Shown in pieces: positions 1 through 14,591 of a stretch of DNA of 64,000 nt (position 1 is the stretch's first letter; the number at the start of each line of letters is the position of its first letter). The stretch spans positions 93,992,001-94,056,000 of the forward strand of contig OZ024741.1 of the NCBI GenBank assembly GCA_964016885.1. Direction: 5' to 3'. The translations under genes and the position numbers were made by a program. This DNA comes from Eledone cirrhosa. Lineage: Eukaryota. A model generated the notes under the pieces. The model made no database searches, was not told where the DNA came from, and was given only the letters and a program-made list of their open reading frames with translations.

Positions 1-1198
1 CTATAGAAAGATATGATGAAATAAGAAGTTTATGTTAAAGAAAATGATCAACCACAAAACCCGATTTCTCAGTCCCTTCAAAAGCAGAATGAACCTACAT
101 ACTTAACTAAATATTTATTGGGCAATATGCAGACTCATCCGTATGAAAACTGAAGATGAATAAGATAAGCATGGATCAAACGGGTTAGGCGACAATGATA
201 GCAACGATACTCTGGAACATATCTGAACAAACTGGCTTTCTCTAACTTAAACTTAAGCTTAAAAATGTAGCAACGTTTCGTATACACCATTTTAAGGCTC
301 AAATATCTATGTAACACTGACAGATTTCTCATTTGATGCCAAATTACTTTTACAACATAAAATTACGCGTGTGTATGCGTGAATGCAGAGGTATATACAA
401 ATATATACATACAAACACACACACATATGTATATTTGCTCACTCACCGATTTGTTTCAATCCTATAATTGAGCAATCGAGAATTCATTCGGTACCTATCA
501 ACAACTAAAATTTATTAAACAGGTTTAAGGAGAATTTTGCACCCACTTTAACACTATCCAGCATGCGTCTAATGATGTATTTTCAATCTTTTGATAACAC
601 TAATGAACGAGAGGTCCCCAAGAACATTTCCAGATGCCTCATAATGTATGATCACCTGACCCATGTTCCCCATTCCCAACAAATCACTCTGCTACTCATG
701 TCGGAGGCTACATGCATAATGACTGAAAAATCTTTCCTTCCTAAAAATCAATGCCGTTCCGAAACAATATTAACATTAGACATTCTCTTTTAATAGTACA
801 ATGATACAATCAGTACATATTTAAAAAAATCTATTCTCCACCCCCATGCAAGGTAATAAAGCCACTAAAATGGGGTTACTGAGAAAGGAAAAAGACAAGA
901 CAGAGAGAACATAATTGATGGAGACAAAGGATTACGATTGATATTGCTTTGGAAGTTTTGTAAATTGTAGTGGCCAGGAAAGTAAGAAGCCAGAAGAGAA
1001 TTCCATAGGTGAGATGTGCAAGGGAAGAAACTCTCAGAATAGAATTTGTGATTGCATTTAGGAACTTCTATAAAGGAATGAGACTATCTATCTATCTGTT
1101 TGTGTATCTATCATCTATTTAACTATCTGTCTGCGTGTCTGCCTATCTATTCTATCTTTGAACTGCTTCTGAGATTTGTTATTATTGGTCTTGTTTAA

Positions 1199-1213
1199 AG
1201 AGAGAGAGAGAGA

Positions 1214-1259
<46 letters not shown>

Positions 1260-1267
1260 GAGAGACA

Positions 1268-1347
<80 letters not shown>
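1199..1347. repeat. (GA)n microsatellite
   Basis: Direct read; explains the SLSL ORFs at 1115-1513. Confidence 0.95.
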
Positions 1348-1351
<4 letters not shown>

Positions 1352-1375
1352 GATATATAGATAGATAGATAGATA

Positions 1376-2335
1376 TCTTTCTTTATTTGCCACAGGGGCG
1401 TACAAAAATGGGACATTACAAGACGTGACGGCGGGGGTTTTACATAAAAATAACTTTAACATTAATAAATAACAATAAACTATATATAATAAAATAACAA
1501 TTGAAATCCCCAATAGGGAGGAACGTTACCGCAGGGTTGTTTTACACCCCGTGGATAGAACAACCCTCAACGCCAGGTGTTTTGTAGGTGTTCCTGTCTT
1601 CCCTCTGTTTATCTTCCTCAACATACAGGTTTATATACAGAGAAGGCCCATTCACTCGGGCCATTTTCGCCACATTCACCCACTTTACAGCGAATTTACT
1701 GGGGTGTAGCACCTCTCTCTCCACTCTCACCTTCCTCCTAAAGTGATACTTAAAGAAGGGAATAAGTTGTTGTGCGGAGAGAAAGGTGTTTGCCCTCAGT
1801 CCTTTTAACCTCGTCCACCATATTACCTCTTTCGCCATAGCCACCAGACAGAGGAAAACCGCCTCTACTTCATTCTTAAATGAAGGCAGCGGGGTGATCC
1901 TCACGATGGACTCGGCTGACAACTGGATGCGTCTCACACGTGACAGTAGCTGTTCGACATAATTCCACAGGTCGGTCACCCCTGGGCACTGAACAATTGC
2001 GTGCAGGATGGTTTCAATGTCCTGCTCGCATCTTGGACAGGTCCTTTTAGCAGGATCTCTGCCAGGGCGTCCATGCCTGTAGATTTTGTCACGAACTGGT
2101 AGAGCTCCTCGGTAGCACTGCCAGGCCAGAGACCTCTGGAAGTTATCCATAGGCCCTGGACGGAAAGTCCTCTCGAACAGACTGGTCAGTTCGTCCTAAC
2201 GATGCCTAGAGTTTCCCCGAGAACGTCGTCGCACTTATCCTCCACTAATCCCCTATAGAATCTCGAAGTAGAGTCTCCACTGATTGCCGTTTCCGCTTGG
2301 TAGAGGGCTGTGAGCGGTTGAAGGAACTCGGGGTG
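1376..2335 (-). mobile_element. 3' fragment of a Tx1/L1-clade LINE (ORF2 C-terminal zinc knuckle plus 3' UTR)
   Basis: ORF 1542-2150 has W..YRGALPVRDK...CPRCEQDIETILHAIVQC (zf-RVT-like CxxC..H...C). GC-richer than the flanks and bounded by (GATA)n tracts. Confidence 0.75.
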
Positions 2336-2657
2336 CCAGATATAGATAGATAGATAGGTAGATAGATAGATAGATAGATAGGTAGATAGATAGATAGATA
2401 GATAGGTAGGTTGAACAAAGTCATCTAAATTTAGTGCATATTTATTTTATAAGGAAAAAATAAAATGTGGTAGCAGATTACTGTAACTGATTTAAATGAA
2501 TGTAAAATGAAACACAAGATTGATCTGAGTGGCAAGAGGGAGGAAGACAAGGAGAATCGAAAATTCAAGCATCTTTACGTAGTGTGTTATAATCAAAGAA
2601 TTATGGAATTAAATATTTTTTTACTAAAATCCCCATCATTTCTGAAGGGTAATAAGC

Positions 2658-2928
<271 letters not shown>

Positions 2929-3352
2929 AGCTTATTACCTTTATATATATATATTTTTTTTTTTAGTCCAGAATTAGCCGTCGAAATGTGTGTGTGTGTG
3001 TGTGTTAGCATAGTCCCTTAAAAAAATTTGTGAGTGTGTGTAGCAAAACAGTACTCTATCTAGTGTAAGAGATCTAATATATTATTTATGCTCACACACA
3101 AAATATATACAAAACATATACTTTACCATAGACTTCCAAATACCATTTGGAAGGATACATATATCGTTAAGTGCTTCAACCTAATTGAATAATCGTCCAC
3201 TGAGTGTTACAGAATAAACCCTGGTTAGTCAACATTTTATAACACAAGGATATATGTGCACAATAATAATAATAATAATAATAATAATAATTTCTACTAT
3301 AGGCCAGCAATTTGGAGGAAGGGGAAAGTCTATTAAGTCGACCCCACATATA

Positions 3353-3869
<517 letters not shown>

Positions 3870-4099
3870 TTATATATATACACACATATACATGTATTTA
3901 TTTGTTTATTTGGGTTTGTTGGTTCACCACTAGATAGAACTGGTCAGTCTGTGTGGTCAGCCACGATGTAATGTTATGGAAAGCACTCAACGTAATGCAA
4001 CCCCCTGTCTTCGTTTGTGTAGTTGGTGGTGCGAGTACGCAGTTAATTATTACAAAATAACAGGAGGCATGTTCTGGTGTAAATCCTTGAAAGGTTTAT

Positions 4100-4271
4100 T
4101 ATACTATAATCATTTGAATGACCGGGTCCAGTATGAATCCGGTGACATCATCAGGTAATTCAAAATATAACGAAGGATTTTTATCTGCTATATTCCTTCG
4201 TTATATTTTGAATTACCTGATGATGTCACCGGATTCATACTGGACCCGGTCATTGAAATGATCATAGTATA
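4100..4271. repeat. Fold-back inverted repeat with hammerhead-like core; same family as 26905-27343
   Basis: Arms 4100-4177 and 4194-4271. The + strand has CTGATGA (4217) ... GAAA (4255). Confidence 0.8.
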
Positions 4272-4381
4272 TATATATATATATATGTATGTATATAAAA
4301 GGTAAACAGAAATAACGACACAATCGGTACAGTATATGGAAGGGATATATTAGGTTAACGCTTGATATAGCAGGAAGAGGG

Positions 4382-4417
4382 TCTTAACGTTTCGAACGCT
4401 AGTCCTTCATCAGAAGA
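4382..4417 (-). ncRNA. Minimal type I hammerhead ribozyme motif
   Basis: Minus strand: tctt-CTGATGA-a-ggac-tagc-gttc-GAAA-CG-TT-aaga. Stem I tctt/aaga, palindromic ACGT stem III. Confidence 0.6.
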
Positions 4418-4508
4418 AAGAATGAGAAATAAGATAGATTGAGGGGACGGGCGGGATGGAATTGGAAAAAATGTCTTTAGATAAAAATAACAGGTCCATA
4501 TTTCTTTT

Positions 4509-4542
<34 letters not shown>

Positions 4543-5361
4543 CGAAAAGAAATATGGACCTGTTATATATATATGCATATATATATATATATATGATGGA
4601 CTTGCCTGTCGTATATCGACGTATAAGGGTTCAGCAGTTCAATTTGTTATGGTTATACCTTAAATGGAAATTTAGTTCAGCCATTGATTTACACATCAAC
4701 CCGTATTTAGTGCAGATAGTATGAATTGAGTGGAGCATGTTGGAATATCAGTGAAGACAAAAACAAATACCATTAGATACCCAGGTTAATATTTCATAAA
4801 GATCTCAGTATTTATAACAGCAATCTATTTTATTCACTTTCCACTAGTTTTAGATTCGAGTCCAGCAGAGTGACCTCCCTTGCACAGCTTATATCAACTT
4901 ATGACTATTTTTTTTACTAGTGTGTGCGTGCGTGTGTGTTTGTGTTTATGTCTGTGTGTGTGAGTGTGTGCATGTCTATGCATGTTATAAGTGTATGTAT
5001 TCACTTACACAAACATGCAAATACATTTATATACATATTTAAATAATGTTTATGTACATTTTAGTTTGCATTCGCCAACAACTAAGTCGGTTTTAGCAAC
5101 CCTTTAGTTAAATTTATATAAGCTTGTATTCCCTTATGATAAATATGGACAAGTGATAAATAGATACAACCCCAAAATAAATGAAACTTTGAAAACTACA
5201 CTTCTGAAGAACTCGCAAGAAAGAAAACCAGCCCTCCCCCCCCCCCCCCCCCAAAAAAAAAACACCAAATAAAACAACCCTAACTTTTTTGTAAACCCTT
5301 AAAACAACAAACACTTATTCATTTTGTATGAAGTAATTTTTAAAATTTTTTCTACTGCGTT

Positions 5362-5408
<47 letters not shown>

Positions 5409-5428
5409 GCGTGTATTTATTTTCCTAT

Positions 5429-5530
<102 letters not shown>

Positions 5531-5739
5531 GTATGTATAGATACAATCTTAAAAGATGCAGGAAACCTTATGCACAACATAAATATAGCCACAGAGGATT
5601 GATAGACACATTAGCTTAGAAAATCGAGTAAAATATGCTTATAGACTGAAAAAAGTTTTTTTTCTCTGTTTGGCATTGCTACAACTAATAATTTCAAATC
5701 TAACCAGCCCTTTTATACTTTATATTTAAAATGTTGTTT

Positions 5740-5777
<38 letters not shown>

Positions 5778-6074
5778 CGTATTCCACCTGATATATATAT
5801 ATATGTGTATGTGTGTGTGTATAAACAACATTCTAAATACTTCGGAAATTCCCGTGAAATCATCGATATATATATATAAACACACACACACACACATATA
5901 TATATATATGTGTGTGTTTTTTGAAAAAAGAGGTAAGTCACATAGTCACTACTTTAAAACAATAGAGTAAGGCTTCAAAATGCTTTTAATTAAGCATACA
6001 GTGTATTACCAAATACACTATATATACATTCATATATATATATATTTTGAGTATATGTTGGTTGTTTACCGACA

Positions 6075-7546
6075 CCGGATACCGTGGGTCGGGGGTCCGA
6101 TGGGCTATCCTTATCATTGCGCCTCGGATTATAAGATATATTTTGGCCATGCGCCGCCTTATTTAGAGCTGCGTTGTAATATTCTGCGTTGCTATCGAAG
6201 ATCTCCTTATTAGCGGCGCATGGCCAAAATATATCTTATAATCCGAGGCGCCATGATAGGGATATCCCATCGGACCCCTCGACCCACGGTATCCGGGAGG
6301 GGGGGGGGCGACTCTAACAGTACAGACAGAGTGGAAACCACCAAACACCATGAACCCGACACCACCACATTAGCGAAAGGGACGCGTACGCCTAATCATG
6401 GGAGGAAACCTAGTACGAGTAGCGGTTTCAGGGGTGATACTAACCACCCCGGGCCCGACGTCCCCAACGGCAAGACACGAAGCGGGATGGATAGAGGATC
6501 ATCCCATTGTAGAACTCCCAGCGAAGGCAACAACCACCCCACAGGCACGGGCCGGGAAGCTAGCAAAACACATAGCGCCCAAAAGGGAAGCAACAATTCG
6601 GGAACCACTAGCAACCCAACAACTCCCCAACAGCCCACAGCACGCTCAACCCACCCACATAGGAATAGACGTAGAAAAATCACGTGGTACAACCCACCCT
6701 ACTCAGCGGCCCTAAAGAACAGCCTGGCCCGGTCATTCTTTAGAGCACTAGATAAATGCTTCCCGAGGGACCATAGATACCACAAGATCTTCAACAGACA
6801 CACTGTGAAGCTCTCGTATTCAACCACGCGAAATGTAGCCCAGCACATAGCTAGCATCAATAGCGGTAGACTTAAAAACTACACACAACCAGAAGCTGGA
6901 AATATAAGCACCCAGCAGAGCCATGTGGAGGGAAGGAAGGGTGGACCCAGTGCCCACCCTGGGAACCCAAACAGACCCAGGGATCCCCCACCGGGCCCGA
7001 GAGAGGACCACCCTATAATACGCAACGGGAACCCCACATTAGGCACTCGGGGGTTGACCCCCTCCTGCAACTGCAGAACCCCCACATTATGCCCCTTAGT
7101 AATGAATGCCTAAGGAAGAACTTAATATACGGATGTAGAGTAAAACCCCCAACTCTGAGCACTTTTACATAGGAGCCACATCAACGAGCTTCAAAGACCG
7201 ATGGTATAACCATTGCCATTCCTTTAATAGGGAGGACAAAAGGAAAAGTACGGCTCTTTCCGAACTGATCTGGAAGCTCATGCTGGACAGGACTCCGTAC
7301 TCTCTGGCCTGGTCCAAAATCAGGAAAGTACCACCTGATAGAGGGGGATCTGGCATCTGCAAACTCTGTCTGAGCGAGACCCTCGAGATACTCAGCGGTG
7401 GAAGCAGCCTAATAAACCTCAGGACTGACTTCTTCGGTACAGGGCCGGGACATTCCTCAAGCTACATGGACAATAACAACACATTGGGATGGGAACTTCC
7501 CTCAAGCTATAGGGACAGTAGCCCCGCCACACCGAGGCCAATGTAA
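6075..7546 (+). mobile_element. 5'-truncated Penelope-like element: linker plus frameshifted GIY-YIG endonuclease, with 5' inversion
   Basis: RKITWYNPPYS...HKIFNRHTVKLSYS, then CNCRTPTLCPL, LIYGC, YIGATSTSFKDRWYNH, STALSELIWKL and CKLCLSE across frames. Inverted arms at 6075-6157 and 6213-6296. Confidence 0.85.
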
Positions 7547-8615
7547 ACCACCCCCTACACACTCACCACCCCTACTCCTGCCTCGATCGACTCCTATGGC
7601 AACACATGCTTATACATGTGTCCATACATAGATATTGTTGTTTAAAATCATACATACATAGATACTCGCATGTATGTGCGTGTGTGTGTGTGTGTGTGTA
7701 TGTGTGTATGTATATATATATATATGTGTGTGTGTGTATGTGTGTGTGTGTGTATAATGTGTGTGTGTATGTATATATATGTATATATATATATACATAT
7801 GGGATGCACCTGAGCCTCTGTTTGTGCGTGTGTGCTTGCAACGATGTGTGTTGTCATACACGCATATGTACTTTATGCCGAAATAGGAACTGTAGTCCTT
7901 TGCATTTTCGGCTTTTGACACTCAGGTTTTGGTGTTTTACACTCCACTTTTCTCTTATTTGCGCTTAAAATGCACCACACGATGATAGTGTAAGAATTGT
8001 AATTCTTTACACTTCTCGATTCTGACACACAGGTTTTCTACTTCAGTTAATATTTTCCAAATCTTTCAAATTTTGATATTGGTTGTAACACAGACGCATT
8101 TTATTTTTTTTATTTGTTTGGCACCCCCCACCACGTGAAATGGTGGCAGGATAGATGCCAACACACACACGCACACATTCTTCTGAACATAGCAGAAGCA
8201 AACCAAAGCTGACGTGCCAGCTGACCCATTAACACCACTACCACTACCAACACAATGGAGGAGGTCAGCTGTACTTAAACAAAAACAACTACGACAGATT
8301 GTCTTGCCTCAGAAAAATTTCTATAGACTTTCGACTGAGGAATGTTCTCACAACTGACCAATGGGATGCGAGCGTGTCCTATGACGCCGAAATTCGTTTG
8401 TTCTAACTCATATGATTCCAGTTTCTCAGAGGAATAACAACACAACCAGGAGCTGGACATATCAAGTGTTGACGGAGTAAAACACACTGTCTTTCCCACA
8501 CCAATTCGGACTGCCTGAAGAGGTCACAGCCAATGATGGCTGTCATCGAAATATATATAGCACTATATCTATAATTTATAATAAACGAAGCCAAACTTTA
8601 CATATTTTACTTAAT

Positions 8616-8658
<43 letters not shown>

Positions 8659-8953
8659 CTATAAATTATGTCCATAGAATCATTTGATAAGATATATACT
8701 CCATTTCCTCTCCCAATTAGCATAATCAACCACACAAGAAACCAATTTAACCCGGCTATAAGATTAAAAGGCACCTATGAAGAAATAATAGATAAATAAA
8801 CGACAGCCATCTATTCGCGATCAACAGCTATAGAATATTTACCCAGCATTTCAATAGCACGTGGAAATCGATTAAATATATGGTCAACCATACACAATTA
8901 GGTATAAAATTAAAGTTAGAAGAAAAAATGCATATACACATACCAGGATTACG

Positions 8954-9033
8954 TTTCTACCCTTTAGGGTTTCGTTCGCTTTCGGAAATATCCTATCAAG
9001 GATAAAATCTTGAGCTTCGAACTCATCAGGAAA
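8954..9033 (-). ncRNA. Type I hammerhead ribozyme with full stem III and expanded stem II
   Basis: Minus strand: tttc-CTGATGA-gttcg[~40 nt]cgaac-GAAA-CCC-taaa-GGG-TA-gaaa. All core nucleotides and three stems are present. Confidence 0.8.
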
Positions 9034-9589
9034 TAAACTCACTAGGACTAAGATTTTTCTTAAATCATCCCCACCAGAAACGAATTCAAAATGACTAAGA
9101 ACTGTGACGTGGCAGTGGTCAAGTCAGAAAGAATGTGATTGGTGCCTTACGGCGAGTGGGCTGGTTGCTCGAAAGCGCAGCCCAATATTGCCTAAATTGC
9201 ATCTCGACCCTATGGGAGATTATCAAATATAAAGATTTACATATACACAAACTAGACAAAGTCATAGATATATATGTGTTTTTGGTAACCATTCACGATG
9301 TGGCTCAATGATGAATTAATAAATTAAATAATCAGAGCAATATACTATAAATTATGTCCATAGAATCATTTGATAAGATATATACTCCATTTACTCTGTA
9401 TATATATATTCGTATGTGGTTGACGATAGAGAGAAAATAGGACTCAATGTCGATGTAGAGTTTTAATATTCATTTATTAAGGTTAAATAGTGCCCTTTTA
9501 CTGCAAAGGACTTCATTTAGTATACCTAACGATCGCTCGGAATATTGTACATGGCTTACGCCAGGATTGGTATTATTCTTTTTTACATG

Positions 9590-9820
<231 letters not shown>

Positions 9821-9879
9821 ATATATAGTTTAAGAATAGACAAGACAAGCATAGAGATGCAAAAACAGAAAGTCTTATT

Positions 9880-10700
9880 AGTTTAACCCTTAGGAAGAAG
9901 TAAATGAGGGTATCGACGTGTCGGACATAAGTCCTTCTTCAGGAAATGGAGAGTTCGGGTAGAGTTCGGAGAGAGAGAGCAAGAGGGAGAAGAGATGGAT
10001 AGATACATAGATAGAGAGAGAGAGGGTTGGAACAACGGAGTTTAGAAAAACGTTTTAAGAAGGGGGTAGTGGAGTAGGTGAGTAGTCCCACGTGCGTGAG
10101 TGAGGGTGGGATGAGGTGGGAGTCCAGATGTGTCGTGGGTGCTTTTATGCATGTGCAGATGGAGGGCATTTTGTGGATGTGCATTACTGCTTCTGTGTTT
10201 GTGTGGTTTGTGTAGAGGTGTGCATGCGTGTATACCTGCATATGAATGTGAATGCTTTAGGTACATTTGTTTTCTTAATGTGTGCGCGCGCGTATGTGTG
10301 TGTGTGTATATACATGTGTGTGTCTGTAAATTTCTTGTATTGTTTGTGTGTGGGTGAGTGTGCACGTTTGTGTGTGTGTATACGCGAGTGTCTGTAAATG
10401 TATATTTTACGTGTGCCCGTGTGTGCATGTTTGTGTGTGTGGGTATAGGCGTGTGATATATATATATATATATATATTGTGTGTGTGTGTGTTCATGTGT
10501 ATTAGCAGTTTGTCTTTTCCTTGCATTATCATTGATTTCGTAGACGTAAACAAATGCATCAAACTCTAGGGTATCGTCTGATAGAGATATCTTCAACAGG
10601 ATTGCACTTCATTAGAAGGATGCACTAGCAAGGAGAGATTTGTGAAAATGTGCAATATATGGAGGAACCCCACCTAATCTAACTACAAATCGATCTAGGG
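9880..10700 (-). mobile_element. Degraded Penelope-like 3' end with mutated hammerhead (9912-9946)
   Basis: Minus strand CTGAAGA-a-ggac-ttat-gtcc-GACAC-GTC (GAAA mutated). Layout resembles the + strand copy at 53500-54360. Confidence 0.45.
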
Positions 10701-12032
10701 ATAAAGACGTAAATTTGAGGTTAGTTATTTCTGTCTAGATAACATCGCCTATAGTGTTTCACGCTACAACAGAAGAAAACACGGACCTATACAGACCCAT
10801 GCACCAGCTTGCAACTACCAAAACCCCACTCGCTGTCATCATTATACAAACTATTTGGCATCTTGAGGAACTACACGGGGTCAGCAGCGAATGTCTTTAA
10901 AGGAACATTCACTCAACATATAAAATCCTTAATTTGCAGGGACAGGGAAAACTTCATCACCCTGTTCCTTTTCATCTGGAGTGTCTGGGGCAAAAGAAAA
11001 AAATTCCTCAACATCACATACAATATCTTGGACCGGGCTCTCTTTACTTGGTCGGAAACCCTAACTGCCAGCTCAGCTTGTTTTCATTTGATCTCTCACA
11101 TCTATGACGACAAAATCATAGTTGGGAAAATCTCAATTCATTAAGAAATTATTTTGGAGGTAATTGATGTCCTTTTCTTTCTCTAATTCATGAAATGTAA
11201 TATTGTTTGCAATGTCGATTTTTCTGGATAACTTGGGTTTTTAAATTCGGAGAGCCTGAAAAACGTCACGGACTACCTTCACCAATCCAGAAAACCTTAC
11301 AAAAAATACAAGGCTAAAACGTGATTAGTGCGGAATATTGGAACTGAGAGAAAAACTGAGACGAATGAACCCCCCCCCCCCCAAACAAACAATAAAAATC
11401 GATTACATTAGGCAAATAGGACGTAGCATAGTATATTAAAAAACCAAACCTATGGAAATTTTTTGAATTGACCTAAATTTCTAAATCATATTGACATGGT
11501 GTTATATAATGATCTACATTTTTGTATTGAATTTATCATGGAAAAAATTCAAGCTGCATACGTTCAGATTATTATGTTTACTCATAAGCAACTAATACTT
11601 TACCCTTGATATATGTCTATTGTTGGTAACCGACGTAATCTAGGCTAGAGCGACAGAGACATTATGTAGGGATAGTTTAGTAGCTAGTCAATTCTCTTTG
11701 TTCTGCTAGCACGTTAGCTTGACAACCAATCAGATGCTACCTTGAACACGGAATCAATGGGGTTCCTTGTATACGCAAAGCGGATGCCGTAAAGTGGGGA
11801 CTAAACTTCTAACAATCAAAGACAAGGTCGCAAAGTGTCAACATTTATTCTAACGCTTCAGACACTAACCATTTTATTTCTCATACATTCTTCTAAATAA
11901 ACGAGCTAGAAACGTCAGTGTCGACTCCCAATAATGTGTATATGTATGTATTTGCATACAAGTACATACTATTTGGTATTCTGCAAACATTAACATGTAC
12001 ACAACATGATGTAATGATGAATTAAACCAACT

Positions 12033-12342
12033 TTAGAAAATAGTATTTCGTTTGAAAACTAACGCAATGTGAGTTAGACGATAAATGATTTGGGGATATT
12101 ACTTTGTAGTTCTTTATAAGTCTTTATATTTCAGGATAAAATCCCTTCATAAAAAAACTAGCAATAGAAATATATAGTTAGTTTCTTCTATTTATTGTTT
12201 GATGAAGTGATTTTATCTCGAAATATAAGGACCTATAAAGAACTGCAAAGTAAAATCCAAAAATCATTGTTATCATCATGTTTTTAACATTTACCGTCCA
12301 ACTCACATCGTGGTAGCCTTCAAATATAACACTATTTTCTAG
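12033..12342. repeat. Old, diverged fold-back inverted repeat with hammerhead relic
   Basis: Arms are complementary with many mismatches. The + strand has ttGATGA-agtgattttatctc-GAAA at ~12199-12223. Confidence 0.6.
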
Positions 12343-13001
12343 ACTTTACACTATGCTTTGAGCAAAATACAATACCATCTTATCAAATTTAGAAAGTTGG
12401 AAATATTGGGTTCCTCCGTATGATTTTTAGAATAACGTTACTCGATAGAGTGCGTAGCTCGGAAATCAGAGAGTCGCTCCAGGTAGAGCCGCTAGTTCTC
12501 CCAATTGAGAGATCAACAAAGCTCCAATATTATTGACATGGGGATCGAGTGTCTCATGAAAGAATCGATGGACAGATTTTACGGACTAAACCAACCGGCA
12601 GGAGACCCAGAGGTAGACCCTGAGCAAGATAGTTGGATAACACATATGATCTCGGCTTGATGACTCTGTCCCACTATCCTTGTTGAAACAAGAGAAAAAA
12701 TGAGACGATACAGACTAAAGATTAAAGAAGAACGAAGCCAGAGAATAAGAGAAAGGACGACGAAGCAAATGATGATCTGAGGCAACATGATTGAGCACGA
12801 GCAACAAAAAGAAATTCAAGAGACTCGCTCAACATGTAAGTGTACATATCTAAGACGAGAGATGGATCTATAGATAAATAAATAGAGGTGTAATTAACTA
12901 GGTAGATAAAGGTGTGTGTGTGTGAGAATTTAAATAGATGGTAAGGAGCTAGAGTGGGTTAAATTTACATCTACTGAGTTATGTTTATTATTATAAACAT
13001 T

Positions 13002-13108
13002 CCGCCGAGGTTTACTTTGCCCTTCATCCTTACGGGGTCGATAAAATAAAGTACCAGTAATGTACTTGGTAATTGCTGGCCTTGTGCCAAAAGTAGAAAC
13101 AATTATTA
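13002..13108 (+). mobile_element. Partial tRNA-derived SINE (Meta-domain-like family)
   Basis: ccgccgagg...cttcatccttacggggtcgataaaataaagtaccag...ggccttgtgccaaaagtagaaacaatt, matching the other copies in the window. Confidence 0.8.
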
Positions 13109-13466
13109 TAAACATATTTGACATAAGATACAATGTTTTATAGGTATATAAATTCATAAATTTATGCATCAAAATGAAAATTAAAATTAATATAATGAGT
13201 GGTGTGCTCATGCGCAGCTTATAAAATAAGGTGTAGACCGTTAAAGAAGGAGAAAGATGTCGCCATTGGGTGCTATGAGGAAAATTAAAATATTTATAAA
13301 ACGAGGAATTTCTACAGTTTCCGCTAATAACTTATAATTAGAAGAAGAAGAACAACAATAAACATGACAGTGAGAAAGCCGGAACGTTTTGTGCACGGAT
13401 AGTTTAGTCGCTGGGCAATATTCTTTGTTTTATTGGAATATCTACTTACTTCTTGAGATAAACGAT

Positions 13467-14173
<707 letters not shown>

Positions 14174-14591
14174 ATATATATATATATATATAAAGAGTCA
14201 GGACCCCGACCATTGAGCTCCGGCCGTTTCGACAGCTAGATCCGAACTAAGCCAGCAGTATTAGAACGGCGGGAATCTAACTGAACTTATCAAGGGGTAC
14301 AGTCCATATATGGGCATGCTGTCAAAATAGAAAAAGCAGAAATATCAAAGCAAATAATCCTAAAAATTTGTTGTTTTTCTTGTCTATCACTGGGACTGGT
14401 GAATGACCTGGATGTCATGTATATGGTTGAATACAACTTCCGACACCTGATCTAGGATCCTCGACTTCAAATTTCAATCCCCACCTCCAACCTTCACCCA
14501 CAACCTCCAATGCAAAACCATGACACCTAGAATGTAAAATCAATTAATACACAACATGTATATATTTATGAGATGAAAGAATGGTATTTAA

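Noticed and set aside
10809-11144. Host gene ORF
   Set aside because: Weakly resembles a decayed Penelope GIY-YIG segment (YTGS...FK...H...IW); no splice support.
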